From Spirochaetota bacterium (GTDB taxonomy: Bacteria; Spirochaetota; UBA4802; UB4802), in contig JARYLT010000005.1 of assembly GCA_029907515.1 (NCBI GenBank), forward strand, positions 7,106-71,105: a DNA stretch of 64,000 bases. Direction: 5' to 3'. The notes under the pieces are model-generated. The model searched no databases. It had not been told where the DNA came from and saw nothing but the letters and a program-made list of their open reading frames with translations. The position numbers and the translations under genes are program-made. Each line of letters starts with the position of its first letter. The first letter of the stretch is position 1. Below are positions 11,123-20,884 of this stretch, piece by piece.

Positions 11123-11849
11123 GGTGATGCTGTTTGAATTCATTGTTTTTTCAGTTGCAGGATGGATATTAGAGGTTATTTACCGCTCACTTACCAATAA
11201 ACGGTTTGTAAATCCTGGCTTTTTGACAGGTCCATACCTGCCTATCTATGGAACTGGCGCTCTGATTATTACCTCTATTGCGTATGCTACCATACATATT
11301 CCTGTAGTCTATAAATTTGTTATTTATTTTGTAGCATTAAGCCTGCTTGAATACATCACCGGTGTTATTCTGTATACAACGACTGGAAAACGATACTGGG
11401 ATTACACTGATGAACCCCTTAATATACAAGGACATGTATGTCTGCCTTTTTCGTTTATATGGGGCATGTTAGCATTAGCATTTGAATACGCTGGTCTGCC
11501 ACTGTATGGCTATTTTGTTTCATCAATGAATACTGTTATCATTAATACTCTAATAAGCCTTGGCATGATACTCATGTTTACCGATTGCGTCCTGACACAC
11601 AATATTGTACAAAGATTACTGCATGCCCGATTGCCTGTATTGAATCCCACACAGTACAGGTTAGGATTTATTAAATTTCAGAATGATACACTCATTTCAT
11701 TGCGTGGCTTTATGGATACTGCTCTTTCATACAGAAAAAAATTTTCTACTATAAAGCCCCTGAACGCAAATAAAATTATTCGATTATTCAAAAAGAGATA
11801 TACTGCACTAATCAGCACCATTCGTAATAAAAACGAAAATCACAAGTAA
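11109..11849 (+). CDS. Putative ABC transporter permease (CmpB-like membrane protein)
   Basis: 'GWILEVIYRS..NKRFVNPGFLTGPYLPIYG', 'YWDYTDEPLNIQGHVCL'. Confidence 0.8.
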   Translation: MAQLKVMLFEFIVFSVAGWILEVIYRSLTNKRFVNPGFLTGPYLPIYGTGALIITSIAYATIHIPVVYKFVIYFVALSLLEYITGVILYTTTGKRYWDYTDEPLNIQGHVCLPFSFIWGMLALAFEYAGLPLYGYFVSSMNTVIINTLISLGMILMFTDCVLTHNIVQRLLHARLPVLNPTQYRLGFIKFQNDTLISLRGFMDTALSYRKKFSTIKPLNANKIIRLFKKRYTALISTIRNKNENHK

Positions 11850-11869
11850 TACCAACATACAGGAGAATT

Positions 11870-12394
11870 ATGGAAAATAAAAGGTTGTTCTTATTGCCAT
11901 TTTTACAGGATATACTTCACAATGAGGATTTTCAATCACTACGGCGTTACACACATCATGGCACAACAACATGCTATCACCACACACTGGAGGTAGCATG
12001 GTTAGTGTATAGATTAGCTGTGGCTTTAAAACTTGATTATGTTGCCGCAACACGCGGGGCATTGTTGCATGATTTCTTTATGTACAACTGGCGCACAGGT
12101 GGCCCACGGCTTCATGGATTCAGGCACCCACGCATTGCACTCAATAACGCATCAAAACATTTTGTGTTGAGTCCAAAGGAAAAAGACAGTATCCTGCGCC
12201 ACATGTGGCCGCTTACGCCACTTCCACCCCGCTATCCTGAATCATGGATAGTAACAGTAGCTGATAAGATAGTATCAACCATGGATTACTTTCGCTTTGT
12301 AAAAAGCAAATTAGTCTTTATGTATAATACCATACACACCTGCATGTGGTTACCATTGCTATCGCGATTCAATCGTCAGAAGCAGTATTCTTAA
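11870..12394 (+). CDS. HD-domain phosphohydrolase
   Basis: 'HH...H..EV', 'GALLHDFF', 'HGFRHP', 'HMWPLT', 'ADK'. Confidence 0.85.
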   Translation: MENKRLFLLPFLQDILHNEDFQSLRRYTHHGTTTCYHHTLEVAWLVYRLAVALKLDYVAATRGALLHDFFMYNWRTGGPRLHGFRHPRIALNNASKHFVLSPKEKDSILRHMWPLTPLPPRYPESWIVTVADKIVSTMDYFRFVKSKLVFMYNTIHTCMWLPLLSRFNRQKQYS

Positions 12395-12490
12395 ATCACT
12401 TTATTGCTTACTGGTTTGTTAAAACGCACGTGATCTCTCATGTGGCATCATAGCAGCCTGGATGATATTTACACGCAACAATAGCAGGTA

Positions 12491-13648
12491 CTATCGCCCC
12501 CTGTTGGCTATTAGGGCAGTAACCGGCAGGCCTCCATGGCTAAAATGTATTTCCTTATCAGCAGGGATGGTACATATGTGTTTAATCTCTGAAGGGATTA
12601 ATACACAAAAACTCCATGCTGGATACCATTCTTTAAAAATTGACCCAAGGCGTTTATATAGTTGTATAGTATCATCAGTATGAATACGCTTCCCATAGGG
12701 TGGATTGATAGTGCATAGAACCTTACCGCCTTCAACTACTTTTTTTTCTTTTAAGAAATCTCCAGTATATGTATGTATTTGGGCACCTGCTTTAATGCTG
12801 TTTTGCTGTGTTATAGCTACCATATCAGGGTTACTGTCTCCAGCTATAATAGTTATATCCTTGTGCTCCTCTGGCTTTTTACGCATAATACCAGTGAATA
12901 CACGCTTACGGAATGATGGCCAGTTCATAAAGGCAAATGTACGATTAGCTCCCGGTGGGATGGCATGAAGCATGCACCACGCCTCAATGGGGAATGTACC
13001 ACTGCCGCACATGGGATCAATGATGATATCGTAGTCATACACATTACATTCATATAATAGTGCTGCAGCCAGTGTTTCTCTTAGTGGTGCATCACTGATA
13101 TGCTGCTTATATCCACGCTTGTATAACGGCTGTCCGCTTGAATCCAAACTTATCATGCATTCGTCACGGTCAAAGCGCACAAATACCTTTTGCACTAAAC
13201 TATCATAGTTTGGTATGGCAAACATGGACAGGCGCTTTTCTATTGCTTTTACTACTTCCTGGCCAATTCTTTCAGTATGATGCAGTTTTGATTTATGCAC
13301 ACTCACATCAACATCAATTGTATATCCCTGTATATATAGTTCCCACGGAAATTCTTTGAGTGTGCGATAGATCTCATTAAAATGATACGCCCTGAAATGA
13401 CACAGCCGCATCAGTATCCGTGTTGCAACCCGTGAATAGTAGTTTGCCGTGTAACAGTGCTCTAACGTTCCCCTGAATGTAACTCCACCTTTTGTAACAG
13501 TACATCCCTGTATACCTGATAGCTCTAGTTCTTTTTTGGCCGTTTCTTCAAACCCAGGCTGTACTACTGCAAAAAACGTATGATGCTTCTTGATTATATG
13601 CTGAAAAATTCGGCGCTGTATGGCTTTTTGTGAAGTGCTGAAATTCAT
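12491..13648 (-). CDS. THUMP-domain rRNA methyltransferase (RlmL-like)
   Basis: 'LYKRGYK..APLRETLAAALL', 'DPMCGSGT', 'NPPYGKR'. Confidence 0.88.
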   Translation of the reverse strand: MNFSTSQKAIQRRIFQHIIKKHHTFFAVVQPGFEETAKKELELSGIQGCTVTKGGVTFRGTLEHCYTANYYSRVATRILMRLCHFRAYHFNEIYRTLKEFPWELYIQGYTIDVDVSVHKSKLHHTERIGQEVVKAIEKRLSMFAIPNYDSLVQKVFVRFDRDECMISLDSSGQPLYKRGYKQHISDAPLRETLAAALLYECNVYDYDIIIDPMCGSGTFPIEAWCMLHAIPPGANRTFAFMNWPSFRKRVFTGIMRKKPEEHKDITIIAGDSNPDMVAITQQNSIKAGAQIHTYTGDFLKEKKVVEGGKVLCTINPPYGKRIHTDDTIQLYKRLGSIFKEWYPAWSFCVLIPSEIKHICTIPADKEIHFSHGGLPVTALIANRGR

Positions 13649-13650
13649 GG

Positions 13651-14790
13651 TTACTTTCTTTCAAACACTGCAAGCAGTTCTACATGAGGTGTTTGGGGAA
13701 ACATATCATACGCTTTGCACCATAGTAAGGAATATCCATCACCAAGTAGTATTGCATCCTGTGCAAAGGTAACAGGATTACATGACATATACACAATCCT
13801 TTGTATATCTGCATGCAACAATTTGTTCACAACTTTGGGTCCAAGACCTGTTCGCGGTGGATCAACTATTGCTACATCATACTTCACTGTAGTACCGCTT
13901 ATATACTCAAGCGCATCACCCTGCACAAACAATACATTGTTAATTCCATTGAATGTGGCATTGTGCCCTGCTACCGTAACAGCTTCATGGTTTGCTTCAA
14001 CACCAGTAACAGATTCCGCCTGTTTAGCAACAAAAAGGCTTATGCTCCCCACACCACAGTACATATCAAGCACATTGCCATAGACTTGTTTTGCAATTTC
14101 TCTGTACATTACTTGTGTTATAGATGTATTTGCCTGAAAGAATGAATTGGGTGTTATTCGGTAGATGATACCATCCAGCGACTCTTCAATATATCCCTTC
14201 TTTATATCCTCAAATACTTTCCCATAACTTACATCTGCCATCCCATCACTCACAATAAGCGAAATGGAATCAACATCATCATATATAGCATTAATAACTG
14301 ATTCAAGATTGTTCTCCTGCTGTGCCACTAAAAAATTTACCATGACCTGCCCTGTATTAAATCCCTGCCGCAATACCACATAGCGCAGGTACCCTTTGTG
14401 GACCAGATAATCATAATCCTGTACACCTGAAAGTTTTTCACGTATTGTGGCAAATATACGCCTGCTGGTATCCTGTAAAAGAAGACAATCGTGCAGATCA
14501 ACAACATATTTAAAGCTTCCCCTTCTTCGCAAACCAAACTTCCCAAAAGCCGTAACATAATCCATGCGATTTCTATACCCAAGGGGTATAGAAGGTTCTA
14601 TGGCATCAATAGTAGCTACAGTATTCAGCAGGGTATTACAATACTCCTTCTTTATTTCAAGCTGTGTACTGTAATCAACAAGCTGCAGTGCACAGCCACC
14701 ACAGTTGCCTGCATACATACATGGTGGCTCAATGCGTTTATCAGCAAACCTGTCAGCAATAGACAATAAAAGCTTAAGCTGTTTTTTCAC
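13651..14790 (-). CDS. rlmD: 23S rRNA (uracil-5)-methyltransferase, RlmD/TrmA family
   Basis: 'CGGCALQ', 'SFFQAN', 'DMYCGVG', 'VDPPRTG', 'YMSCNP', 'DMFPQTPHVE'. Confidence 0.88.
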   Translation of the reverse strand: MKKQLKLLLSIADRFADKRIEPPCMYAGNCGGCALQLVDYSTQLEIKKEYCNTLLNTVATIDAIEPSIPLGYRNRMDYVTAFGKFGLRRRGSFKYVVDLHDCLLLQDTSRRIFATIREKLSGVQDYDYLVHKGYLRYVVLRQGFNTGQVMVNFLVAQQENNLESVINAIYDDVDSISLIVSDGMADVSYGKVFEDIKKGYIEESLDGIIYRITPNSFFQANTSITQVMYREIAKQVYGNVLDMYCGVGSISLFVAKQAESVTGVEANHEAVTVAGHNATFNGINNVLFVQGDALEYISGTTVKYDVAIVDPPRTGLGPKVVNKLLHADIQRIVYMSCNPVTFAQDAILLGDGYSLLWCKAYDMFPQTPHVELLAVFERK

Positions 14791-14796
14791 GTGCTG

Positions 14797-16374
14797 TTAC
14801 TCCAGTCCTGTAACCTGTATAGATTCAGGATATTCTACAGCAAAGTGTATTGTTAATTCTTTTTTCTGATTGGGGGAAAGCTGTACCTGCCATGTTGCTT
14901 TTCCTTCGTTATCAATGACAGCACCAATACTGTTTTTGTTAACAAGAGTAACCGTTATCTTTTCATTTTGCGAAACAGGAATGGCATCCTGGACGGTAAC
15001 GGTAACATCACGCTTTTTACCGTTGGCAAGTTTTATGGAATATACATATTCAATGCGTTTTGTTTTACTCACCAGCCCTTTATATTCGGTCTTTTTGCTT
15101 AAAAGTTTTCTCTCAACCATAAGGCTTTCATCAACACCCAGTGCCACTGTTATTAAATCTTTTGGTACGTACAGTTTATTAACATTGAAAGAATTGACAA
15201 ATTTGCCATCCAGGTATACATTCAAGTTCCCACCCTGCATGGGGAAATCAAAAGGATTGGGGAATTCACCTTCAAGCATAACATACGGAAGCACTTTAGG
15301 AACCGTTGCATAGCGCACGGTACAATCTGTTGTTGCCTTTGCCACAGGTATTTTATATGCATTGCCATCGGATGGTATTGTCTTTGTACCCTTTATTTGA
15401 AATGAAAATGCAATACGCTCTTCCTGCATTACAGGCATTTCTTCAGCTTCCTGCGGTGCTTCAGCAGCGTCCTGACTTCTGAGTGCCATACTTTTGGGTG
15501 ATTCCTTATAATAATGCGATGGCTGGTAAACATCTAAATACCATGGGTTAAGCACAGGCTTCTGGGTTGCAACAAACGGCTTTGAGGTCGATAGTTCTAA
15601 AGAAACATCCTTCCAGTCTTCACCAGTCCTTTGATACACACGGGCATTACATACCACTTCAACCGTTTGTGCTTCAGTATTTGCACGGGCTTCATATTCC
15701 ATTTTCCAACCTGCATCCCCTGTAATATACTGAATCATCACTATTGCACTATCCTGACCGGTATGCACAACAACAAGCTGTAATGATTTTGTTGCCTCAC
15801 CAGTATTGAGAAGCGACAGCTCTTTTTCTAAGCGTTCCTTTTCCTCTTTAAGTTTTTGCAATGCCTGTTGCAACGTGGCTATCTTTTTATAGCTCTGGCT
15901 ACTATGTTGTTCAATTAACTGCAGTATCGATTGCATCTGCGCTGCTGTCATGGCAACCGTAAATGGCGATGTGCTGCCTTTTTTTATATATTCAAGAACG
16001 GTGTTCAACGCCTGTATATCATTTTGTTTTGCATTAATCTCGTTATTGATTGATTCAAGTTTTTCTTTGAGTGCGTTAATGCGCTGCACATCACCTTTTT
16101 TAAGATAGGTTGTTTGCACAGAAACATCACGCACCATAGCACCTTTTGTAACCACCTGAACTGATTCATTAACCATTGATGCAGGCAGTCCCTCTATGGT
16201 AATCACATTTTCACCTTTATGCAAGTTTACATTAGCTTCTTTTTTAACCAGTGCACTGTCATAATATACAATAACGTTACTAATTTCAGGTTTAACTGTT
16301 TGTGCATAAATTACAGTAATGCTTGTAACAACTATCGCCAATGTAAATATTGTTTTTTTCATACAGTTTTTCAT
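14797..16374 (-). CDS. DUF4140/DUF4139 (MuiA-like) exported protein
   Basis: Signal peptide, coiled coil, 'VYQRTGEDWKDVSLELSTSKP', 'TIPSDG'. Start chosen after GGAAGG. Confidence 0.8.
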   Translation of the reverse strand: MKNCMKKTIFTLAIVVTSITVIYAQTVKPEISNVIVYYDSALVKKEANVNLHKGENVITIEGLPASMVNESVQVVTKGAMVRDVSVQTTYLKKGDVQRINALKEKLESINNEINAKQNDIQALNTVLEYIKKGSTSPFTVAMTAAQMQSILQLIEQHSSQSYKKIATLQQALQKLKEEKERLEKELSLLNTGEATKSLQLVVVHTGQDSAIVMIQYITGDAGWKMEYEARANTEAQTVEVVCNARVYQRTGEDWKDVSLELSTSKPFVATQKPVLNPWYLDVYQPSHYYKESPKSMALRSQDAAEAPQEAEEMPVMQEERIAFSFQIKGTKTIPSDGNAYKIPVAKATTDCTVRYATVPKVLPYVMLEGEFPNPFDFPMQGGNLNVYLDGKFVNSFNVNKLYVPKDLITVALGVDESLMVERKLLSKKTEYKGLVSKTKRIEYVYSIKLANGKKRDVTVTVQDAIPVSQNEKITVTLVNKNSIGAVIDNEGKATWQVQLSPNQKKELTIHFAVEYPESIQVTGLE

Positions 16375-16601
16375 ACAGAACCTTCCTTTTGCATCGAATA
16401 TAGTAATAAATGGTATTGTCTTTAATCTTAACATAACAGGCTCAATGGCCACACTGTATTTTTTGAAATGGCACAGGCAGAAATGTTACCTTAGATTTCA
16501 TAAAGAATGAACTACCAAGGCAGTGAACATTCACCAGTAACTATTGCCACTATAATACCATGTACGATAGCTCATACTAAAAGCTTTTGCCATGAAATAA
16601 T

Positions 16602-17390
16602 TTATTTCTGAATACGCACCTGTGCTATCTGCCGCGATATTGATACAAGCCTGTTGTCATCCCACATTTCGCCATCTGTTTCAAGCATACCACAGGTAAT
16701 AAATCTGGTGCGCGTGTAAAACCGCAACCATTTAGATTGCGGCATATTCCTGATATTGATTGTCAATTCTATGGTTGGTACCCAGGCAACCAGACCTAAG
16801 CTTACAAACACAGCAGGTGGTATAACATCTGACATTAAGAGCAAAGCAGGTATGTCATATTCTCTTTCCTGCCTGAATGAAATCCATCCTTTTTGTATAG
16901 ACTCATCGCGCAGTTTCCCCTGCATCCATCCTGCTGAATACGGATCAAGCCTTATATCAACGTAAGAAGATAATGTAAAATTGGGCACTTCAGGAATTGC
17001 AACGCATTCCTGCAACTCAGCAACTTGGGGAACTGGCGTTTCATATTTATCAATATCACATTCAATCTTTTCATTTGCAAAGGTGCCCCAGCAGCGTATT
17101 TTTTCCTTGCCTTCCTGATAAAGGATAGCCTGATAACGGTTAAACTGTGCAGACTGCGCAAAACATTCAACGTGAATTTCACAATCGCCTGGCTTACACC
17201 GCGATATATAATTTGCCGTTACTATTGGTGTTGTTTTTTTATCGCTGTGCATTGCCATTGCATTCCCTAACAATGCAATAAGATAGCCGCCATTGGGTAT
17301 CTCACCCACAAGCCAGTTTTGCGAAATGGTACCTTTATATTTCTTTGGACGTAACTCAATAAGATGTATATCATTATCAAACACATGCAT
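16602..17390 (-). CDS. Thioesterase family protein (double hot-dog fold)
   Basis: 'PNGGYLIA', 'D..PP', 'WVPTIELTINIR', 'ETDGEMWD..LVSISRQ'. Confidence 0.85.
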   Translation of the reverse strand: MHVFDNDIHLIELRPKKYKGTISQNWLVGEIPNGGYLIALLGNAMAMHSDKKTTPIVTANYISRCKPGDCEIHVECFAQSAQFNRYQAILYQEGKEKIRCWGTFANEKIECDIDKYETPVPQVAELQECVAIPEVPNFTLSSYVDIRLDPYSAGWMQGKLRDESIQKGWISFRQEREYDIPALLLMSDVIPPAVFVSLGLVAWVPTIELTINIRNMPQSKWLRFYTRTRFITCGMLETDGEMWDDNRLVSISRQIAQVRIQK

Positions 17391-17544
17391 ATAGTACCTC
17401 TGATAATACGTTTTCTATAACAATACATTGTACATACAAAGAATTCAAACACTTTATATTTTTTTAATTTTAAAAATGAGCAATTTTCCTTAAGCTCCAC
17501 AATAGGTTTTAAGGGTATAATACATTGATACACGGATATTATAT

Positions 17545-17573
17545 TTGACAATTTATAGTTTTCCAGGTACTTT
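17545..17573 (+). promoter_or_regulatory. Putative sigma70 promoter of nhaC
   Basis: TTGACA-17 nt-TACTTT. Confidence 0.45.
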
Positions 17574-17656
17574 ATCATACTTTCTTATGGCCATTGATAA
17601 ACCCATGTTTTTGCTAAAACAGGACGGGATATATTGTTCAGGTACAAAAATTTATC

Positions 17657-19036
17657 ATGAAAAAAACATTACCATCATTTTTTGACTGCATTGCACTCTT
17701 AACCATTACTATAATTCTTTTGTTTACAGGAACAGTACTGTTTAAAATACCCATACCGCTACTGCTTATCATTGCTGCAATGCTGGCAGGTATTAAAAGC
17801 TATTTATTGGGACACAAATGGTCTGAGATTGAAGGCAGCATTGTCAATGGCATAAAAGGCACATTGCCTGCCATCATGATTCTTTTGACAGTAGGGATAT
17901 TGTCAGGAAGCTTCATCGCATCAGGAACTATTCCTCTGCTTATAGATTATGGTTTGAAGCTTATTCACCCAATATGGATTCTTCCGGCAGCATACATTGT
18001 GTGCTGCATAAGCAGCCTTGTCATTGGAAGTTCATGGACAACCGCTGCAACCATTGGTGTGGCACTTGTTGGCATGGCCGGTGCCATGCATGTATCACCT
18101 GCTATCTGTGCAGGAGCTGTTATTTCAGGCGCCTATTTTGGCGACAAGCTATCACCGTTATCTGATACAACAAACTTGGCGCCAGGTGTTTCTGAAACTG
18201 ACCTCCTTTCACATATACGGGCACTTATGGCAACCACAATCCCGGCATGGTTAATTGCTTTAATTGGCTTTATTGTGTTAAACATATACATAGTACCTAA
18301 TACTACTACCCGTATAGAACACATTGAATCATTATTACAAACCTTAGAATCATCTTTTAATCTTCACCCGGTGACCATACTCCCGCTGGCAGTAGTGTTC
18401 ATTATGGCACTAGTGCGTTTTCCGGCTGTTGTTATATTACTATCAGGAAGTACAGCAGCAATACTGGTGGGATGGCTGGCACAATCACAAAGCTTACTTT
18501 CGGTACTTCAGTATGCATATTCAGGGTATACCATACATACCAATAATGAAATCATTAACAACCTTTTGAACCGTGGCGGTATAGTCAGTTTTTTAGAGAC
18601 AACGCTTATTATTCTATGCGCTACAGGTTTAGGTGGTATATGGGAAAGCGGGGGTTACATAACATCGCTACACGACAATCTGCTTCATAAAATTAAAACC
18701 AGCAGAATGCTCATCATTTCAACGGTTATTACCGCTGTTATTTCTAATATCATTATGGCTGAACAATATTTATCCATTGTTATGACAGGAAGAATTTATA
18801 AAGATGCATACAAGCGGAAAAAACTTCAGCCTTTTATGCTTTCCCGTTCGCTGGAAGATGGTGGAACTGTCACGTCCCCACTGGTACCGTGGAATTCATG
18901 CGGAGCATTTATGAGTTCTGCGCTGGGCGTGCCTACATTACACTATCTTCCCTTTGCGTTTTTTAATCTTGTGATGCCGGTTGTTGCAATTGTGTTGACA
19001 GCTTTTGGCCTCTTTATTTACAGAAAGAATGATTAG
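17657..19036 (+). CDS. nhaC: Na+/H+ antiporter NhaC family
   Basis: 'GSSWTTAATIG', 'ISGAYFGDKLSPLSDTTNLA', 'LSRSLEDGGTVTSPLVPWN'. Confidence 0.92.
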   Translation: MKKTLPSFFDCIALLTITIILLFTGTVLFKIPIPLLLIIAAMLAGIKSYLLGHKWSEIEGSIVNGIKGTLPAIMILLTVGILSGSFIASGTIPLLIDYGLKLIHPIWILPAAYIVCCISSLVIGSSWTTAATIGVALVGMAGAMHVSPAICAGAVISGAYFGDKLSPLSDTTNLAPGVSETDLLSHIRALMATTIPAWLIALIGFIVLNIYIVPNTTTRIEHIESLLQTLESSFNLHPVTILPLAVVFIMALVRFPAVVILLSGSTAAILVGWLAQSQSLLSVLQYAYSGYTIHTNNEIINNLLNRGGIVSFLETTLIILCATGLGGIWESGGYITSLHDNLLHKIKTSRMLIISTVITAVISNIIMAEQYLSIVMTGRIYKDAYKRKKLQPFMLSRSLEDGGTVTSPLVPWNSCGAFMSSALGVPTLHYLPFAFFNLVMPVVAIVLTAFGLFIYRKND

Positions 19037-19066
19037 AACAATACTTTTTTACGGTGAGATAGTACT

Positions 19067-20884
19067 ATGCAAAAAAATGCAAAGCAGATACCTGCACGCA
19101 ATGAAATACCAGCTGAACATACATGGGATTTAACGCCATTGTTTGTGTCCGATAGTAACTGGGAAGAAGTCTACAGTAACACAGAACAATTAATTCCCAG
19201 ATATAAAAACTATGAAGGGAAGCTGGCAGATTTCTTTGATGTATTTTTACAGGCAATTGAATTTGACCTTTCCATAGCACGTGATATTGACAGGCTCTAT
19301 ACATACGCTCATCTAAAAAGCGATGAGGACACTACCAACCAGAATGCTCAGGCAATGCTGCAGAAAGCTCATTCGTTAGCCCAGCGTGCAGCTGAAGCCT
19401 CAAGCTTTTTAGTACCTGAAATTCAATCACTGCCTGAGGCTGTTATCAGTAACTATCTGACAAACACTAACATTTCTCAGTATGTCTTTTATATAGAAAA
19501 GATTCTTCGCTACAGGGAACACACATTATCCAAAGAAATTGAAGAAATTTTAGCCATGGCTCATGAGGTTGTCATTGCACCAATGGAATTTTTCCGAAAA
19601 CTTGACAATGCCGACATGCGCTTTGGTACAATTACCGATGAACAGGGTAATACCGTTGAGCTAAGCCATGGGAACTTTATAACATTTTTAATGAGCTATA
19701 ATCGGGATGTTAGGAAGAATGCTTTTCACACCTATTATAAAGCCTACGACAATCACAAATACAGCATTGCACAGTCACTGGCAAGCTCTGTAAAGAAAGA
19801 TGTATTTTTTTCACGTGTGCGAAAGTTTAAAAGCTGCCTGCATCAGGCACTGTTTCCTGATAATATACCTGACACTGTGTACCATACATTGATTGAAACA
19901 GTATCTTCTAACCTGCAACCACTGTTTAAATATCTTTCATATCGTAAAGAGGCATTGGGGCTTACTGAATTGCACTTCTATGATACCTACGTTCCTCTTG
20001 TTGCCGATGTGCCATTTAGCATGGAATATGAAGAAGCCTGTGACGTATGCGCGCAGGCCCTGCACATACTTGGTGAAGAATACATTTCTACGTTGCATAC
20101 GGGGCTGCTTGGTGGCTGGGTTGACCGCTATGAAAACAGAGGAAAGGTTAGCGGTGCTTACTCATCAGGCTGTTATGATTCACCACCGTATATTCTTTTA
20201 AACTATGATGCCAATACCATAAATAGCCTGTACACACTGATACATGAAGCAGGACACTCCATGCATTCATACTATTCACGGAAAAATCAGCCTTACGTAT
20301 ATCATGAGTACACTATATTTGTTGCAGAGGTTGCATCCACACTCAATGAAATTCTTTTAAGCCATTATCTTTTGCAGCAGTACAGTGATAATCCGCGAAT
20401 GCAGGCTTACATTCTTAACCGTGAGATAGACGAAATCCGTGGCACACTATTCAGGCAAACCATGTTTGCCGAGTTTGAGCTACTGGTGCATACCATGGCA
20501 GAAAACAACAAACCTTTGACATTTCAAACAATGACTGATACATACACAAACCTGTTACACAAGTATTTTGGTAACACCATTGTTATTGATACCGATCTAT
20601 TCCTGGAATACCTGCGTATTCCACATTTTTATTCAGCGTTTTACGTGTACAAATATGCAACAGGGATTGCTGCCGCACTTTCATTAGCCAAACAGATTAT
20701 AAACAATCCCAATGCATCACATCGTTATCTTAAATTCCTGTCATTAGGTGGCAGTGCATTCCCTTTAGAAGAACTTCGCATTGCGGGTGTTGATATGGAA
20801 TCACCAGAGCCTGTTATTGATGCGTTACAGTATTTTGACAGTCTTGTAGACAGGTTTATTGATGTTCACAAAAAAATTCATTAA
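19067..20884 (+). CDS. pepF: Oligoendopeptidase F (M3B)
   Basis: 'GKVSGAYS', 'HEAGHSMH', 'FVAEVAS', 'PHFY..FYVYKYATG'. Confidence 0.95.
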   Translation: MQKNAKQIPARNEIPAEHTWDLTPLFVSDSNWEEVYSNTEQLIPRYKNYEGKLADFFDVFLQAIEFDLSIARDIDRLYTYAHLKSDEDTTNQNAQAMLQKAHSLAQRAAEASSFLVPEIQSLPEAVISNYLTNTNISQYVFYIEKILRYREHTLSKEIEEILAMAHEVVIAPMEFFRKLDNADMRFGTITDEQGNTVELSHGNFITFLMSYNRDVRKNAFHTYYKAYDNHKYSIAQSLASSVKKDVFFSRVRKFKSCLHQALFPDNIPDTVYHTLIETVSSNLQPLFKYLSYRKEALGLTELHFYDTYVPLVADVPFSMEYEEACDVCAQALHILGEEYISTLHTGLLGGWVDRYENRGKVSGAYSSGCYDSPPYILLNYDANTINSLYTLIHEAGHSMHSYYSRKNQPYVYHEYTIFVAEVASTLNEILLSHYLLQQYSDNPRMQAYILNREIDEIRGTLFRQTMFAEFELLVHTMAENNKPLTFQTMTDTYTNLLHKYFGNTIVIDTDLFLEYLRIPHFYSAFYVYKYATGIAAALSLAKQIINNPNASHRYLKFLSLGGSAFPLEELRIAGVDMESPEPVIDALQYFDSLVDRFIDVHKKIH